This document shows positions 21,601-30,147 of a DNA stretch of 64,000 nt, in pieces. The stretch covers positions 1,696,001-1,760,000 of the forward strand of contig OY759726.1 in the NCBI GenBank assembly GCA_963662625.1, read 5' to 3'. This DNA comes from Nitrosopumilus sp. GTDB taxonomy: Archaea; Thermoproteota; Nitrososphaeria; Nitrososphaerales; Nitrosopumilaceae. The stretch's first letter is position 1. Each line of letters opens with the position of its first letter. The notes beneath the pieces are model-generated. The model did not search any database, had not been told where the DNA came from, and saw only the letters and a list, made by a program, of their open reading frames with translations. Position numbers and translations under genes: made by a program.

Positions 21601-24600
21601 CCACGACCTTCCATGTCGCGTATATGCCCCCGGCGCGGTCTCCCGCGGCGTTCAGCTCGGTGTTTCCGGACGCGCCGACGTACGTCCTCGACACCTCTGC
21701 GAGGGCGCCCTTCACCGCCTCCACGTCGGTGCTCTGCGCCTTGAGCATGGACAGGCCCAGCAGCCATACCGCGTCATACTCTATGTTGGCGTAGACGCTC
21801 GGGGGGCTTCTGAACCCGTCGAGGCCCGCAAAGTGCTTGTTGATGTACGCGGTGATCTGGTTGTCGCGCACCGTGGGCTGGATGGAAGTCAGGCCAACCT
21901 TGCTTGCAAACTCCCTCGTGGCCGGGTCGCCAGTCACGTTGGGCTCGACCGTGTTGAGTTCCGCGCCGAACCACCTCACGTCGTCCAGCACGCCGTGCGC
22001 GCTTGCCGCCTTGACGAACTCCACGTTCTCCTCGAAGCCTATGAATGCCACGGCCACCCTGTCGGCGCCGTACGCGTCCACCTGTGCCTGCACGGCGGCG
22101 GCGAGCCCCGCCGCGCCGGCCGCCATGTCCGTGGTGTAACTCACCCTGTCTGCCACGACGTTTGCCCCGTCGAGGCTTGCAAACGCGGTCCCGGTTAGGT
22201 CCAGCAGGTTGTTGACCCACCCTATGTCGCGCCCGGCCGGCACCATGGCGGTTATGCCGGCGCCGTCGATGAGGCCCGCCAGCCTTGCGGCGTCGTGGGG
22301 GTGGCCCGCGGTGAGCCTGAACATCGAGTCGCCGGGCTTGGCGAACTCGGTCGTGACGCTGCAGCAGCTCATGAGGAGCATGCCGTTGCTGTCCCCAAAG
22401 TCCAGCACGTCCTGCGTGTAGTCCAGGGCGGGCCCGTCGATTATCTTGATGCCGGCGTCGTTCAGCGCGGTAAGCTCCCTCAGGGCGGTGGACGGATCCG
22501 TGGCAGAGTCGCGCCTGTCCGCCTCCAGCGTCCATGACGCGTTGATCCTCCCAAGGTACTCGTTAAAGTCGCTCACTGCGAGGTCTGACGCCTCCCTGAT
22601 CTCCACGCCGTACCCCGACGCGCCGCCGGTCACCGGCGCGATCGCGCCGATCGTGACCGTGCCGTCGAGGGCCACCCTGTCCTCCGCGAGGTACTTCCAG
22701 TGTCCAGGCTTCAGCGGGTACGAGGAGTCGTCGAAGGCATTTGCCACCAGCGTCTTCGCGTCGGGGTCGTACCCGTCAAGGTAGAACGGGCCGTTGCTTA
22801 TCACCGCGTTGCCCTTCGCATCTATCCACCCCGACGACGCGGCGTACCTGGCGCCGGGGGACGTGGGGTTGCCGTGCAGGCCGGCCGGGACCGTCCCGTC
22901 CGCCGCAAAGCCGTCCAGGGCGGCCTTCACGAGCCCGGAGTCGCCCCTGTCAAGCAGCGAGATCCAGGGCACGCCGTTCGCGACCGCGTTGGCATTCGAG
23001 AATGCGGCGTCGCCGTCCAGCACCACCTGCTCCATCGCGGCGTATATCTCCCACGGTATGCTGCTCCAGACGATCGCCTCGGAGGCGATCTCCGTGTCGT
23101 CAAAGTGCCAATAGTCGACGTATACCTCGACCGACGTCGGGCTCGTCACCCTGATCCCCTTCACTTCCTTGCCCGCGGAGATGATCTGGTCGCTGTATTT
23201 TCTCTTGTCGTCGGGGTTGTCGCTGTCATCCGTGCTCCACTCCGTGACGAGGTACAGCGGGTACAGGACGTCGTTCATGGTCATCGGCAACCCGGTGTGC
23301 CAGCTGCTGAAGGTAAAGTCCAGCGTGACCTTGCTGGTGGCCTGCGCGTCCGGCCGCACGGCGTCCCACCCCTGGCTGGCGGGGTTCCACATGACCGCTT
23401 CGTCCGGGACGTCCATCGTGCCGTCGGGGCCGGCAGTGTCCACGCTCCACGTGGATCGCACCGGGGTCAGGTCGCCCGTGAACGGGTCCCTGACTGCCGC
23501 CGGATCGTTCAGTATGTTCCATATGTTGTTGCTGTACGTGTCCGCGAGCCCTTGGACTGGGTTCCACGCGCTCTGGGAGATGTACTTTACGCCTATGGTC
23601 AGGCTCCCGTCTGGGCTGTCGGCGTTGATCGGGGTGGCCCTGTTGGTGATCCCGTGGCCCTGCGCGTTTACCAGCCCCGTGATGCCGTCCCTTGCGACAT
23701 ACCTGTTGTCCTCGGTTCCCAGGAATATCCTGACCGCGTCCTGCGTTGCCAGCGCGGTCGCCTGCCTGACCAGGTTTGCCCGCTCCGAGACATTTGCAAA
23801 GCTCCCGTCGTATATGTTCCGCGTAATCTCGTCCAGCTGGGGGTTCTCGTAGCTCCAGTACTCGGGGTTGTTCTGCCCGGGCATGTTCAGCGCCCACGGC
23901 GCGTAGAATGCCGCCAGGTTGGAGTTGTCGTACTTTGTGACGCTTGATCCGGAAAACCCCCCCGTGTAGACGTGCCACTTTAGGTCAGCGGGGTCTGACC
24001 CGAACACCGTGTTGTACGCTTCCAGCAGGTTGCCTGTCTTTATGCTCACCTCGAAGCCCAGCGCGCTCAGTTCCTTTTCCAGGGAGCGGCCGATCGACTC
24101 CCTCACGGGATCGTCGTTGCGCACGAATATCGTGACGGCGACGGGACTGTCACCCGCGTACCACTTGCCGTCCGCCTTCGTGGCGCCGTTTGCGGCCATG
24201 GCGCCGCTGATCATGCTGTCCGCAAGCTGCGGGTCGTAGCGTATGCCCGCGGCCTCCAGCTGCCTGTATACCAGGATGTAGTCCGGGTGCGTGGGCCCGA
24301 AGCTGGAGAACATCGGCTGGCCGTGGCCTTGGAACATATCGCGCACTATGGCGTCCCTGTCGACCAGGAAGTTCAGCGAGTACCTGACGTCCCTGTACGC
24401 GAACGGGTTGAACTGCGCCGTGGCGTCAGCGGGGTTTACGAACAGGTCGTACCGCGTCCCGCCAGCAGAATCGAACACCTGGACGCCGCTGGGGGGGCTG
24501 TCCCCAGTCACGCTGTAGGGCACCGGGTAGTAGTATATGTCAAAGTCGCCGTTCTGGATCTTCGCCAGAACGGTGCTCTCGTCCGTGTGCTCCACGAACG

Positions 24601-24694
24601 TTATGCTGTCCACGTTGCTGCCCTGGTATGCGAAGGAATAGCCGGTCCCCATGAGGACGACTGCCAGCAACGCGGACAACGCTAGGATCTTCAC
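15626..24694 (-). CDS. 3022-aa secreted multidomain protein: SBP family 5, 3x branched-chain amino-acid-binding (LBP) domains with an inserted Cache-like domain, 12 FG-GAP/integrin-alpha repeats, SdrD-B-like domains
   Basis: NPFAYRDVRYSLNFLVDRD and SNGPFYL (SBP5); SCCSTAP...FRLAADD (LBP); FGxSxAGVGDLDGDGTPDIAVGAP x12; GTVFADADGDGAMDAGEPG (SdrD-B). Confidence 0.9.
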   Translation of the reverse strand: MKILALSALLAVVLMGTGYSFAYQGSNVDSITFVEHTDESTVLAKIQNGDFDIYYYPVPYSVTGDSPPSGVQVFDSAGGTRYDLFVNPADATAQFNPFAYRDVRYSLNFLVDRDAIVRDMFQGHGQPMFSSFGPTHPDYILVYRQLEAAGIRYDPQLADSMISGAMAANGATKADGKWYAGDSPVAVTIFVRNDDPVRESIGRSLEKELSALGFEVSIKTGNLLEAYNTVFGSDPADLKWHVYTGGFSGSSVTKYDNSNLAAFYAPWALNMPGQNNPEYWSYENPQLDEITRNIYDGSFANVSERANLVRQATALATQDAVRIFLGTEDNRYVARDGITGLVNAQGHGITNRATPINADSPDGSLTIGVKYISQSAWNPVQGLADTYSNNIWNILNDPAAVRDPFTGDLTPVRSTWSVDTAGPDGTMDVPDEAVMWNPASQGWDAVRPDAQATSKVTLDFTFSSWHTGLPMTMNDVLYPLYLVTEWSTDDSDNPDDKRKYSDQIISAGKEVKGIRVTSPTSVEVYVDYWHFDDTEIASEAIVWSSIPWEIYAAMEQVVLDGDAAFSNANAVANGVPWISLLDRGDSGLVKAALDGFAADGTVPAGLHGNPTSPGARYAASSGWIDAKGNAVISNGPFYLDGYDPDAKTLVANAFDDSSYPLKPGHWKYLAEDRVALDGTVTIGAIAPVTGGASGYGVEIREASDLAVSDFNEYLGRINASWTLEADRRDSATDPSTALRELTALNDAGIKIIDGPALDYTQDVLDFGDSNGMLLMSCCSVTTEFAKPGDSMFRLTAGHPHDAARLAGLIDGAGITAMVPAGRDIGWVNNLLDLTGTAFASLDGANVVADRVSYTTDMAAGAAGLAAAVQAQVDAYGADRVAVAFIGFEENVEFVKAASAHGVLDDVRWFGAELNTVEPNVTGDPATREFASKVGLTSIQPTVRDNQITAYINKHFAGLDGFRSPPSVYANIEYDAVWLLGLSMLKAQSTDVEAVKGALAEVSRTYVGASGNTELNAAGDRAGGIYATWKVVGGEWVEVVDIGGLVPVTRADGAGVHRQVAKEIAISDFNDYLAEKGAKWRIGLDIKDTIADGYSGPIKELNDDGIIYVSGPSASSGIGKIRDYVNFNNMLLLSCCSTAPSMAIAGDNVFRLAADDSLQAPVLASIMTDNGAEVLVTVWRDDLYGNGLRDSTTAEFVRLGGTADDLGSYPTCDTDGCYDATFTEMARQLADKVQGHVDTYGADKVAVLYVGLGESQSFFGKAADHPVLSTVQWMGADSNVLNGSLVSDPKVFAFLRDANFRASIFDKDATGETYKKLHERLLADPRIVGTPNVYAYSSYDSVWVLGLAMDAAGDGGFEEVKRQIPPIAADYSGALGNIRLNAAGDLAAASYAVWGVESGGWEQVGTYVPGVGLVRPDAVIGGLLNLQGSWSGENVRQRVMEIAVNDFNAQNVQTPLVLSVADISSQRTHTAMQNIRHDMDDDGNRDRLRQAIDAAIAAYDASVAADPANGADAYFDTISGTGQGSPSSPFVIDGATGIMVAHDDGGARGANIEAFRATYSKDLGEINGDAAGGETWWQHMVSQAGAYQLKRSLLVAYDGYIFGSGYYPERNGVSYFIGPSSSSSLAMAKAYADVYATDAVMVSPSSTAPSLAVADSVFRLVPPDTYQVPAIISKLDGDGKTMVVAVYRDGPWGNGIAGTLKDSYGGTIASIPYQIASPDHSGVAAELERQLAAAVRSAGATATAVVFIGFDNEFIDLVKTINSNPAAGAFGVKWYGTDGIATSGIIAADPAAGPIAAMVGISATIFEVPDNEVNSGLSAQLLGEGLDVVPYSFGYYDAVHLLGNSIIEAERRGTTVAGAIPGVAERSSGALGDYSLDGAGDLDRPLSYAVYRVVSQPGPAPQWANESGFGAIAGTVSVVADGHLPLASAVQIKGSDMADAAKPDFTFGTSTEGVGDLDGDGTTDVAVGAPGSPTCECTGAVHVLFLNPDGTVKRTATVDGTVPNGPSLADGDQFGTSAAGVGDLDGDGTPDIAVGAPGHLLMGAATGDLYVIFMNPDGTVKRTAEVNGTVPNGPSLSAGDRFGASAAGVGDLDGDGTPDIAVGAPGNIFGSAATGDLYVIFMNPDGTVKRTAEVNGTVPNGPSLSAGDRFGASAAGVGDLDGDGTPDIAVGAPGHTVGNAATGDLYVIFMNPDGTVKRTAEVNGTVPNGPSLSAGDRFGASAAGVGDLDGDGTPDIAVGAPGPVPCDCTGAVHVLFLNPDGTVKLTATVDGQTPNVPSLSAGDRFGASAAGVGDLDGDGTVDIAVGTFGNDTMYVIFMNPDGTVKRTAEIAGGDIAPPSYVNHFFGQSIAGIGDLDGDGVADAAVGAPGHSRDNVFTGEAYIMFMNADGTVKRVTVIDGTTPSGPVLGPADRFGASAAGVGDLDGDGTPDIAVGAPGHLLRGTTTGDLYVIFMNPDGTVKRTAGVDGQTPNGPPLSAGDRFGASVAGVGDLDGDGTPDIAVGAPGSILGSAATGDLYVIFMNPDGTVKRTAEVNGTVPNGPSLAGGDVFGQSVSGLGDLDGDGTPDIAVGAPGRVLGSAVSGDAFVLLMNPDGTVKLTAGVDGQTPNGPPLSAGDRFGSSVAGVGDLDGDGTPDIAVGAPGPVTCDCTGAVHVLFLNPDGTVKRTATVDGQTPNGPPLSAGDSFGTSVASIGDLDGDGDADLAAGAFTSPSVYVMYTATVVAGGTYGIGNVGITAIDYSNMQSVGTVTAADGTYRFDNAGLGPYLVQVSPFPTGYTVADGTVHYSQVTLAPGGTSAADFGLVAIPQQDYATLSGTVFADADGDGAMDAGEPGIAGHAMIATDLLTGTVTMATTGQDGTYSFSGITPDPGVTLVQSSYFPSGHTLTTGQAYTYVQAPDSGSSLTFDVGFRPAQQSELVTLVVVAYVDANFNGILDAGEAAVPGVSATTYQYATGESGTVTTGSDGAAGTAYLVPSSWVAQAAVPDGYAVTSPADPVTGVIGALTVADPAPGSTYVMNVGLAPVP
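16550..18870 (-). repeat. 12 FG-GAP repeats, ~204-nt unit
   Basis: Counted in the translation; the DNA scaffold is near-identical between copies. Confidence 0.92.
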
Positions 24695-25022
24695 GTAGCC
24701 ACTTTGGCTGACGGGGGTTAAAAAGTTAGCTTAGTTCCGGGCAGGGCCGCGGGGGAGGGCTTGTACGCCAGCGGCCGAAACTGACTTGGATGCCTGCAGT
24801 CCACGGAACGTCATGGCACCCGCGGGGGCTGGGATCCGCAGATGGGCCACTGAAAAAGGCCGCCGTCGCGGCAGCCGCCGTCCTGGCGGGCCACGCGGGC
24901 GCCAGCATCATCCTGGCCGCCTGCCTCCAACTCGTCCGGTGCTGAGGCGGCGCGGCCGCCGACATCCCCGGCACGGAGGGCCCGCCTCGCGCGCGTCGGC
25001 CTGGAGCGCCGCCCGGGCGGGG

Positions 25023-25814
25023 CTACCTGCCCGCCAGCCACTCCTTCACTATCATGGAGACCAGCTGCTCTGACGTCACGTCCTGCCTTTCTGACTCTGC
25101 GGCGAGCTTCTTCATGGATGCAGGCGGGAGCCCGAGCCTGAACGTCCCCGCGTAGTACCTGTTTGACTTGCGGAGCAGGTCGGCGTGCGCGTCGTCCGGG
25201 TTGTCCGCCAGCGCCTTGAGGTACCTGTCCTTCTTCGACTCGTCGTATCTTGACACCAGGCCGGCTATCTCCAGGGCGTCTGCCGCGTTCTTGGCGCTCC
25301 TGAACAGCCTTATCGCGTGATCGCGCGACAGGCTCTCTGGCACGAGTTCCTTGAGGCTGTCTGGCAGCGCGTCGAACCCCAGGTGCCTCTCGAGCGTCCT
25401 CGCCGACATGCCCAGGATCCTGCACGCCTCCCTCTTGCCCTTCTGCCTGACGATGAACCTTGTCGCCTTTGAGGTCTCGGCGGGGCTCATGCCCAGCCGG
25501 TGCATGTTCTCCACCAGGGAGCTCGCCTTGGCGTCCTCCACCGACGCGCGCCTGCTTTGCAGGACCAGCACCGGGATGGACGTCCTTCCCAGGGACCTTA
25601 CCGCCGCGAGCCGGCGCTGCCCTGAGATGAGGGTGTACCTGTCGCCGTCCCTCTGCACGAGCGGCGGGTTCTGGAGCCCGTCGGCGCGTATCGACTTTGC
25701 AAGCGACTCCACCCCCCTGCTGTCAAGCCTCCTGGCCTGTGCCTCGTCCCACACGTCGATTCTTGACACGGGCACGCTCTGCAGGGCGTAGTCCATGGCA
25801 GTTGTACCCGCCAC
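25023..25814 (-). CDS. ParB/Srx-domain protein with HTH and RHH-like C-terminus
   Basis: LAKSIRADGLQNPPLV, ISGQRRLAA (GxxR motif), SLVENMHR. Confidence 0.85.
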   Translation of the reverse strand: MAGTTAMDYALQSVPVSRIDVWDEAQARRLDSRGVESLAKSIRADGLQNPPLVQRDGDRYTLISGQRRLAAVRSLGRTSIPVLVLQSRRASVEDAKASSLVENMHRLGMSPAETSKATRFIVRQKGKREACRILGMSARTLERHLGFDALPDSLKELVPESLSRDHAIRLFRSAKNAADALEIAGLVSRYDESKKDRYLKALADNPDDAHADLLRKSNRYYAGTFRLGLPPASMKKLAAESERQDVTSEQLVSMIVKEWLAGR

Positions 25815-25864
25815 ATGTTTTTAACGTTTGTTGCAATGTCCCGCGTCCCCCGCGGCGCGCGGGC

Positions 25865-26107
25865 CTACCCCGGGCGCCCCTTTTGCAGCTGCGTGATCTC
25901 TATCTCGACTGCCTCCAGCGGATCCTCCGCGTGGTTGCGCCGGATTGACAGCATCTTCGGCCTCTCAAAGTCCTCCGTGCAGTCGGGGCACGCGTAGACC
26001 AGCACCCTGTGCTCGTTGGGCGCCTTTGGGTTTGACAGCCTCGGGTAGTAGACCAGCCTTGCCCCGCAGTCAACGCAGTACCTGTTGACTCTCTTCCTCC
26101 TGGCCAA
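25865..26107 (-). CDS. Small zinc-ribbon protein
   Basis: CVDCG...YACPDC; start set at TTG 26107. Confidence 0.65.
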   Translation of the reverse strand: MARRKRVNRYCVDCGARLVYYPRLSNPKAPNEHRVLVYACPDCTEDFERPKMLSIRRNHAEDPLEAVEIEITQLQKGRPG

Positions 26108-26320
26108 CGCAAACCCCCGGCATCGCATGGTATCCGCCGCGGGTTATTAGATCTGACCTGTCTAATCCGTTTTAGCCGTTGCTCACTTTTCTTTGCCCCG
26201 CGCGGCAGCGCGCCGTCAGCCCGCCCCGTGATCGTTTAAATGCCGTCGTGCGTGCAGTACGACATGGGCAAAAACCGGCATAGCAGACCGGGACGCGGGG
26301 CGCGGCGCGCGGGCCCCGAC

Positions 26321-29122
26321 ATGCGCGCCGTGGCGCTCCTCGTGGCCGGCGCCGCCGCCCTCGTGGCGGCAGGCCTGTCGCACTCCCCAGACGGCGCCTT
26401 CCCGGAATGGGTCCCCGCCGCGCATGGCTACGGGAAGGTGGTGACGGAGGGCGCCGGGGCCATCGGCTCCGACCTGGTCAACGCCGCGGGGTACACCGGC
26501 AAGGGGATCAAGGTGGCGGTGATCGACGCGGGATTCGATCCCGCCAGCCCAGAGATCTCCGGCAGGATCGCCGAGTCCAGGTCCTTTGACACCACCCGCG
26601 GGATCGCCGGGCTTGACGCCGACCACGGCACGGCGGTGGCCGAGATCATAGCGGACGTGGCCCCCGGGGCCGACCTGTACCTTTACAACGTCAGCACGGA
26701 GATGGAGTTTTACGACGCGGCCGACTACATCATCGGCAGGGGCGACATCGACATCGTGTCCATGTCCCTGAACTGGCACAACGACCTGGGCCCCGCCGAC
26801 GGCAGGACGACCTGGATGGCGCAGAAGGTGAACTATGCCGAGAACAGCGGGATACTCTGGGTCAACACGGCAGGCAACGACGGGCAGCATCACTGGCAGG
26901 GGAGGTTCTCCGACCCTGACGGCAACGGCACCCATGACTTTGCGGGAAGCGACGAGACGCTCGACGTCAGCGTGGGGGCCGGGGAGGTGCTGACCGTGAC
27001 GCTCAGCTGGTGGGGCTCGCCGTCCCAAGACTACGAGCTGGCCCTGTATGACGGGAGCCAGAACCTGCTGGCGCGATCCGACTGGTTCCAGCCCGGCTAC
27101 GACCCGTTCGAACAGGTCGCCCACGCATTCCAGCACGACGCGACTGCGCACATCGTGATCAAGAAGGTCACCGCTACCGAGGACGTCGACTTTCAGCTCT
27201 TCGCCAGCCATGACCTCGGCGAGTACGCGGTGCCGGCATCCAGCATAGCCATTCCGGCGGACTCGCCGGGCGCCATGGCGGTGGGCGCCTTCGACTGGGG
27301 CAGCGGAACACTCGAGGGCTACAGCTCCCGCGGGCCCACGATGGACGGCAGGATCAAGCCGGACATATCCGGCCCCACGCAGGTCAGCACGGCGGCGTTC
27401 GGGGGAGGCGCGTTCGGCGGGACGTCTGCCGCCGCCCCGCACGTGGCCGGTGCCGCCGCGCTGGTCATGGAAAAGTACCCCGACGCGACGACGGGCCAGG
27501 TCAGGTTCCTGCTGGAATCGACCGTGGATCCGCGCCACGCCAGGTCAAACCTGGACGGGACGGGGAACCTGGACGTGTCGGCGCTTGCCCCGGCGGACAT
27601 ACTGGTGCTGGACGCCAGGAACGCCGGCTGCGACACGTGCGTGTTCCCCGCCAGCGTGGACGCGCTGGCGGGGGACGCCGTCACCTGGACCAACGTGGAC
27701 ACGGGGCCCGTCGTGCTGGAGAGCGACAGCTCTAGCAGGGACCACTTCACCACCGGCACGCTTGCGCGCGGGAGCAGCTTCTCGCAGACCTTCGTGGAGG
27801 AGGGCATCTACGGGTACCACGAGACGACCAACGTGTGGGCAGGGGGGCAGGTGATCGTAAGGGCAGGATCCTCCGGGGCAGAGCTGTCCTCGGCCAGGAT
27901 CACGGGCCCCAACCAGGTCACCGCGGTCTTCTCCGGCGCGGTCGAAGCCGGGCCGGAGGACTTTGAGGGCGTCTCGATAGCCGGGGAGGCCACCGCGAGG
28001 GCATTCGACGGGCTCGGGGGTTCCGGGACCGACACCATCACGCTTGAGTTCAAGGGCCCGCCGGTGCCAGCCGACGCCACCGGGACCCTGTCAGTCGGGG
28101 ACGGGATCCGCGGCCTGGACGGGAGCCCGGTGCGGGGCCCCTTCAGCGCGCCCGTGGCCGACGGCCAGGCCCCGTCGCTTACCTCGGTCTCCATCGCGTC
28201 GTCGAACCCCGTCCCGGGCAACGCGGTGCCGGGGGACGCCGTGACCCTGACGTTTACCGCCTCCGAGCGGATAGCGGGCGTGGCCGCGACGATCAACGGG
28301 AACGCCTACGCGCCTGCCAACACCTCGGGCAACACCTGGAGCGCGACCCGCACGATAGACGGCACCGACGCCGCCGGCCCGGTGACGTTTTCCATCGACT
28401 TCGGGGACGCGGCGGGCAACGCCGGATCCCGGGTCACCTCGACCACGGACGGCTCCGGGGCGTCAGTCGGGGGCGCGACCACGTCGATACGTGGGACGGT
28501 GTTCGCCGACGCCGACGGCGACGGGTCCCGGGATCCCGGGGAGCCGCCGTTCCCGGGGTACACCATGATCGCGGTGGACCTGCTGACCGGCGTCGTCAGG
28601 ACCGCCGAGAGCGGCCCGGACGGCACGTACGCGTTTGACGGCGTCTCGCCCGCGCCTGACGTCACACTCGTGCAGACGTACTACTTCCCGTTCGACCACA
28701 CCCTTACCACGGGGAACTTTTACGCGTACCTGAGCCCGGCGCAGGGAAGATCCGCGACGTGGGACGTCGGGTTCCGCCAGGTCCTGCCGTCCGAGGCGGT
28801 GACCCTGAGCGTCACGGCATACCGCGACGACGACGGCGACGGGTCCCGGGATCCCGGGGAGCCGCCGTTCCCGGGGGTGACGGTGCACACCTACACGTAC
28901 ACGACGGCGGAGCTCGAGGCGGTGGTGACCGGGCCCGGGGGCGCCGCGACGAAGGCCGACCTCGTCCCCGCCGACTGGCTCGCGCAGGTGGTGCGCCCCG
29001 AGGGCTACGTGGAGACCGCCCCCGACGATCCCGCCACGGGGGTGATCGGGACGCTCCTCGTGATCGCCCCGGAGCCGGGATCGTCCCACTCTATGGAGAT
29101 CGGCCTGGCGCCGGCGCCGTAG
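26321..29122 (+). CDS. Secreted S8 subtilase with cupredoxin-like, Ig-like and SdrD-B-like domains
   Basis: Catalytic VAVIDAG, HGTAVA, AGN, GTSAAAPHVAG; GDAVTWTN...FVEEGIYGY; signal peptide from MRAVALL. Confidence 0.92.
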   Translation: MRAVALLVAGAAALVAAGLSHSPDGAFPEWVPAAHGYGKVVTEGAGAIGSDLVNAAGYTGKGIKVAVIDAGFDPASPEISGRIAESRSFDTTRGIAGLDADHGTAVAEIIADVAPGADLYLYNVSTEMEFYDAADYIIGRGDIDIVSMSLNWHNDLGPADGRTTWMAQKVNYAENSGILWVNTAGNDGQHHWQGRFSDPDGNGTHDFAGSDETLDVSVGAGEVLTVTLSWWGSPSQDYELALYDGSQNLLARSDWFQPGYDPFEQVAHAFQHDATAHIVIKKVTATEDVDFQLFASHDLGEYAVPASSIAIPADSPGAMAVGAFDWGSGTLEGYSSRGPTMDGRIKPDISGPTQVSTAAFGGGAFGGTSAAAPHVAGAAALVMEKYPDATTGQVRFLLESTVDPRHARSNLDGTGNLDVSALAPADILVLDARNAGCDTCVFPASVDALAGDAVTWTNVDTGPVVLESDSSSRDHFTTGTLARGSSFSQTFVEEGIYGYHETTNVWAGGQVIVRAGSSGAELSSARITGPNQVTAVFSGAVEAGPEDFEGVSIAGEATARAFDGLGGSGTDTITLEFKGPPVPADATGTLSVGDGIRGLDGSPVRGPFSAPVADGQAPSLTSVSIASSNPVPGNAVPGDAVTLTFTASERIAGVAATINGNAYAPANTSGNTWSATRTIDGTDAAGPVTFSIDFGDAAGNAGSRVTSTTDGSGASVGGATTSIRGTVFADADGDGSRDPGEPPFPGYTMIAVDLLTGVVRTAESGPDGTYAFDGVSPAPDVTLVQTYYFPFDHTLTTGNFYAYLSPAQGRSATWDVGFRQVLPSEAVTLSVTAYRDDDGDGSRDPGEPPFPGVTVHTYTYTTAELEAVVTGPGGAATKADLVPADWLAQVVRPEGYVETAPDDPATGVIGTLLVIAPEPGSSHSMEIGLAPAP

Positions 29123-29155
29123 GGTGCGGCATGCCGGGAAGCGCGTTACTGGGAG

Positions 29156-29232
29156 TGGCGCCGCCCACCAGACTTGAACTGGCGACCAACGGATTAACAG
29201 TCCGACGCTCTACCACGCTGAGCTAGGGCGGC
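29156..29232 (-). tRNA. tRNA-Asn(GTT), CCA encoded
   Basis: Reverse complement GCCGCCCTAGCTCAGCGTGGTAGAGCGTCGGACT-GTT-AATCCGTTGGTCGCCAGTTCAAGTCTGGTGGGCGGCG-CCA. Confidence 0.96.
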
Positions 29233-29294
29233 ACAAGTTGTACCCTCTTCAAAACCGATTTAATCCTTGCTAATGGCGGGATCCGGCGCCGCCG

Positions 29295-29582
29295 TCAGTT
29301 GAACCTGGCAAAAAACTCCTTGATCTCGCCCGCGCGGGACTCCACAAGGTCGACTATCTCCAGGTGCTCCTCGGGGGTGGGCTCCCTCTTGTGCACGATC
29401 TGGAAGGCGCTGAGCGCGGATCCCACCATCTCGCCCACGAAGAAGCCGCACAGGAAGTCGCCGACGTTCTGGCACTCCCACACCTGGCCCACGCGGGGGG
29501 ACGCGCCTGCCTTCTTGTACAGATCCAGGGTCTGGCCGACGAGCTCCCGCGTCTGCCTTGCGAACTCCGGATCCAGGGTCAT
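29295..29582 (-). CDS. Hypothetical protein
   Basis: 95-aa ORF directly downstream of rpl6 with host-like codon usage. Confidence 0.75.
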   Translation of the reverse strand: MTLDPEFARQTRELVGQTLDLYKKAGASPRVGQVWECQNVGDFLCGFFVGEMVGSALSAFQIVHKREPTPEEHLEIVDLVESRAGEIKEFFARFN

Positions 29583-29592
29583 GCCGCCGGCC

Positions 29593-30147
29593 CTACTCGA
29601 TGCCCTTCTTCTTCTCGTACACGTAGATGCCGTCCAGGAAGACCCTGTGGTCCTTGTTCTTCACCTTGGTGTGGAGCTGTATGTTGGCTGCGGTCTGGGT
29701 CACGTCCGTCAGCACCCTGCCGGTCAGCACGACGTCCTCGCCCTTCGGGGCCACCTTCGTGTCCCCTACTATCCTGGCCGTCCTCGGGGCGTGCTCTCCC
29801 TGGAAGTTCTCTATCAGGACCGTGTCCCCCTCCACCTTCACAGTGATCGGGAAGTGGGCGAACACCACCTTCATCTTGACGGTGTAGCCGTGGACCAGCC
29901 CCTCGCAGATGTTCCTGACTATGGACCTCGCGGTGTGGAGTATGGCATAGTCCCTCTTCCTCTTGCCCCGCGCCATCAGGGTGACCTTGCCGCCGGCCGC
30001 CTCCACGTCCACCGGTATGCTGCGGAAGTTCTTGTAGGCCTTCCCGAGCGGCCCGTCGAACTGCATCATGCGCTTCTTCATGGTGACGCTGACACCCTCC
30101 GGCACGTCGAGCACCACCTTGAACTTGTCGACCTGCTCAGTAGACAT
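29593..30147 (-). CDS. rpl6: 50S ribosomal protein L6
   Basis: HFPI, DHRVFLDGIYV. Confidence 0.96.
   Translation of the reverse strand: MSTEQVDKFKVVLDVPEGVSVTMKKRMMQFDGPLGKAYKNFRSIPVDVEAAGGKVTLMARGKRKRDYAILHTARSIVRNICEGLVHGYTVKMKVVFAHFPITVKVEGDTVLIENFQGEHAPRTARIVGDTKVAPKGEDVVLTGRVLTDVTQTAANIQLHTKVKNKDHRVFLDGIYVYEKKKGIE

Noticed and set aside
15395-29232. Integrated element between tRNA-Pro and tRNA-Asn
   Set aside because: No integrase and no duplicated tRNA 3' end were found by eye.
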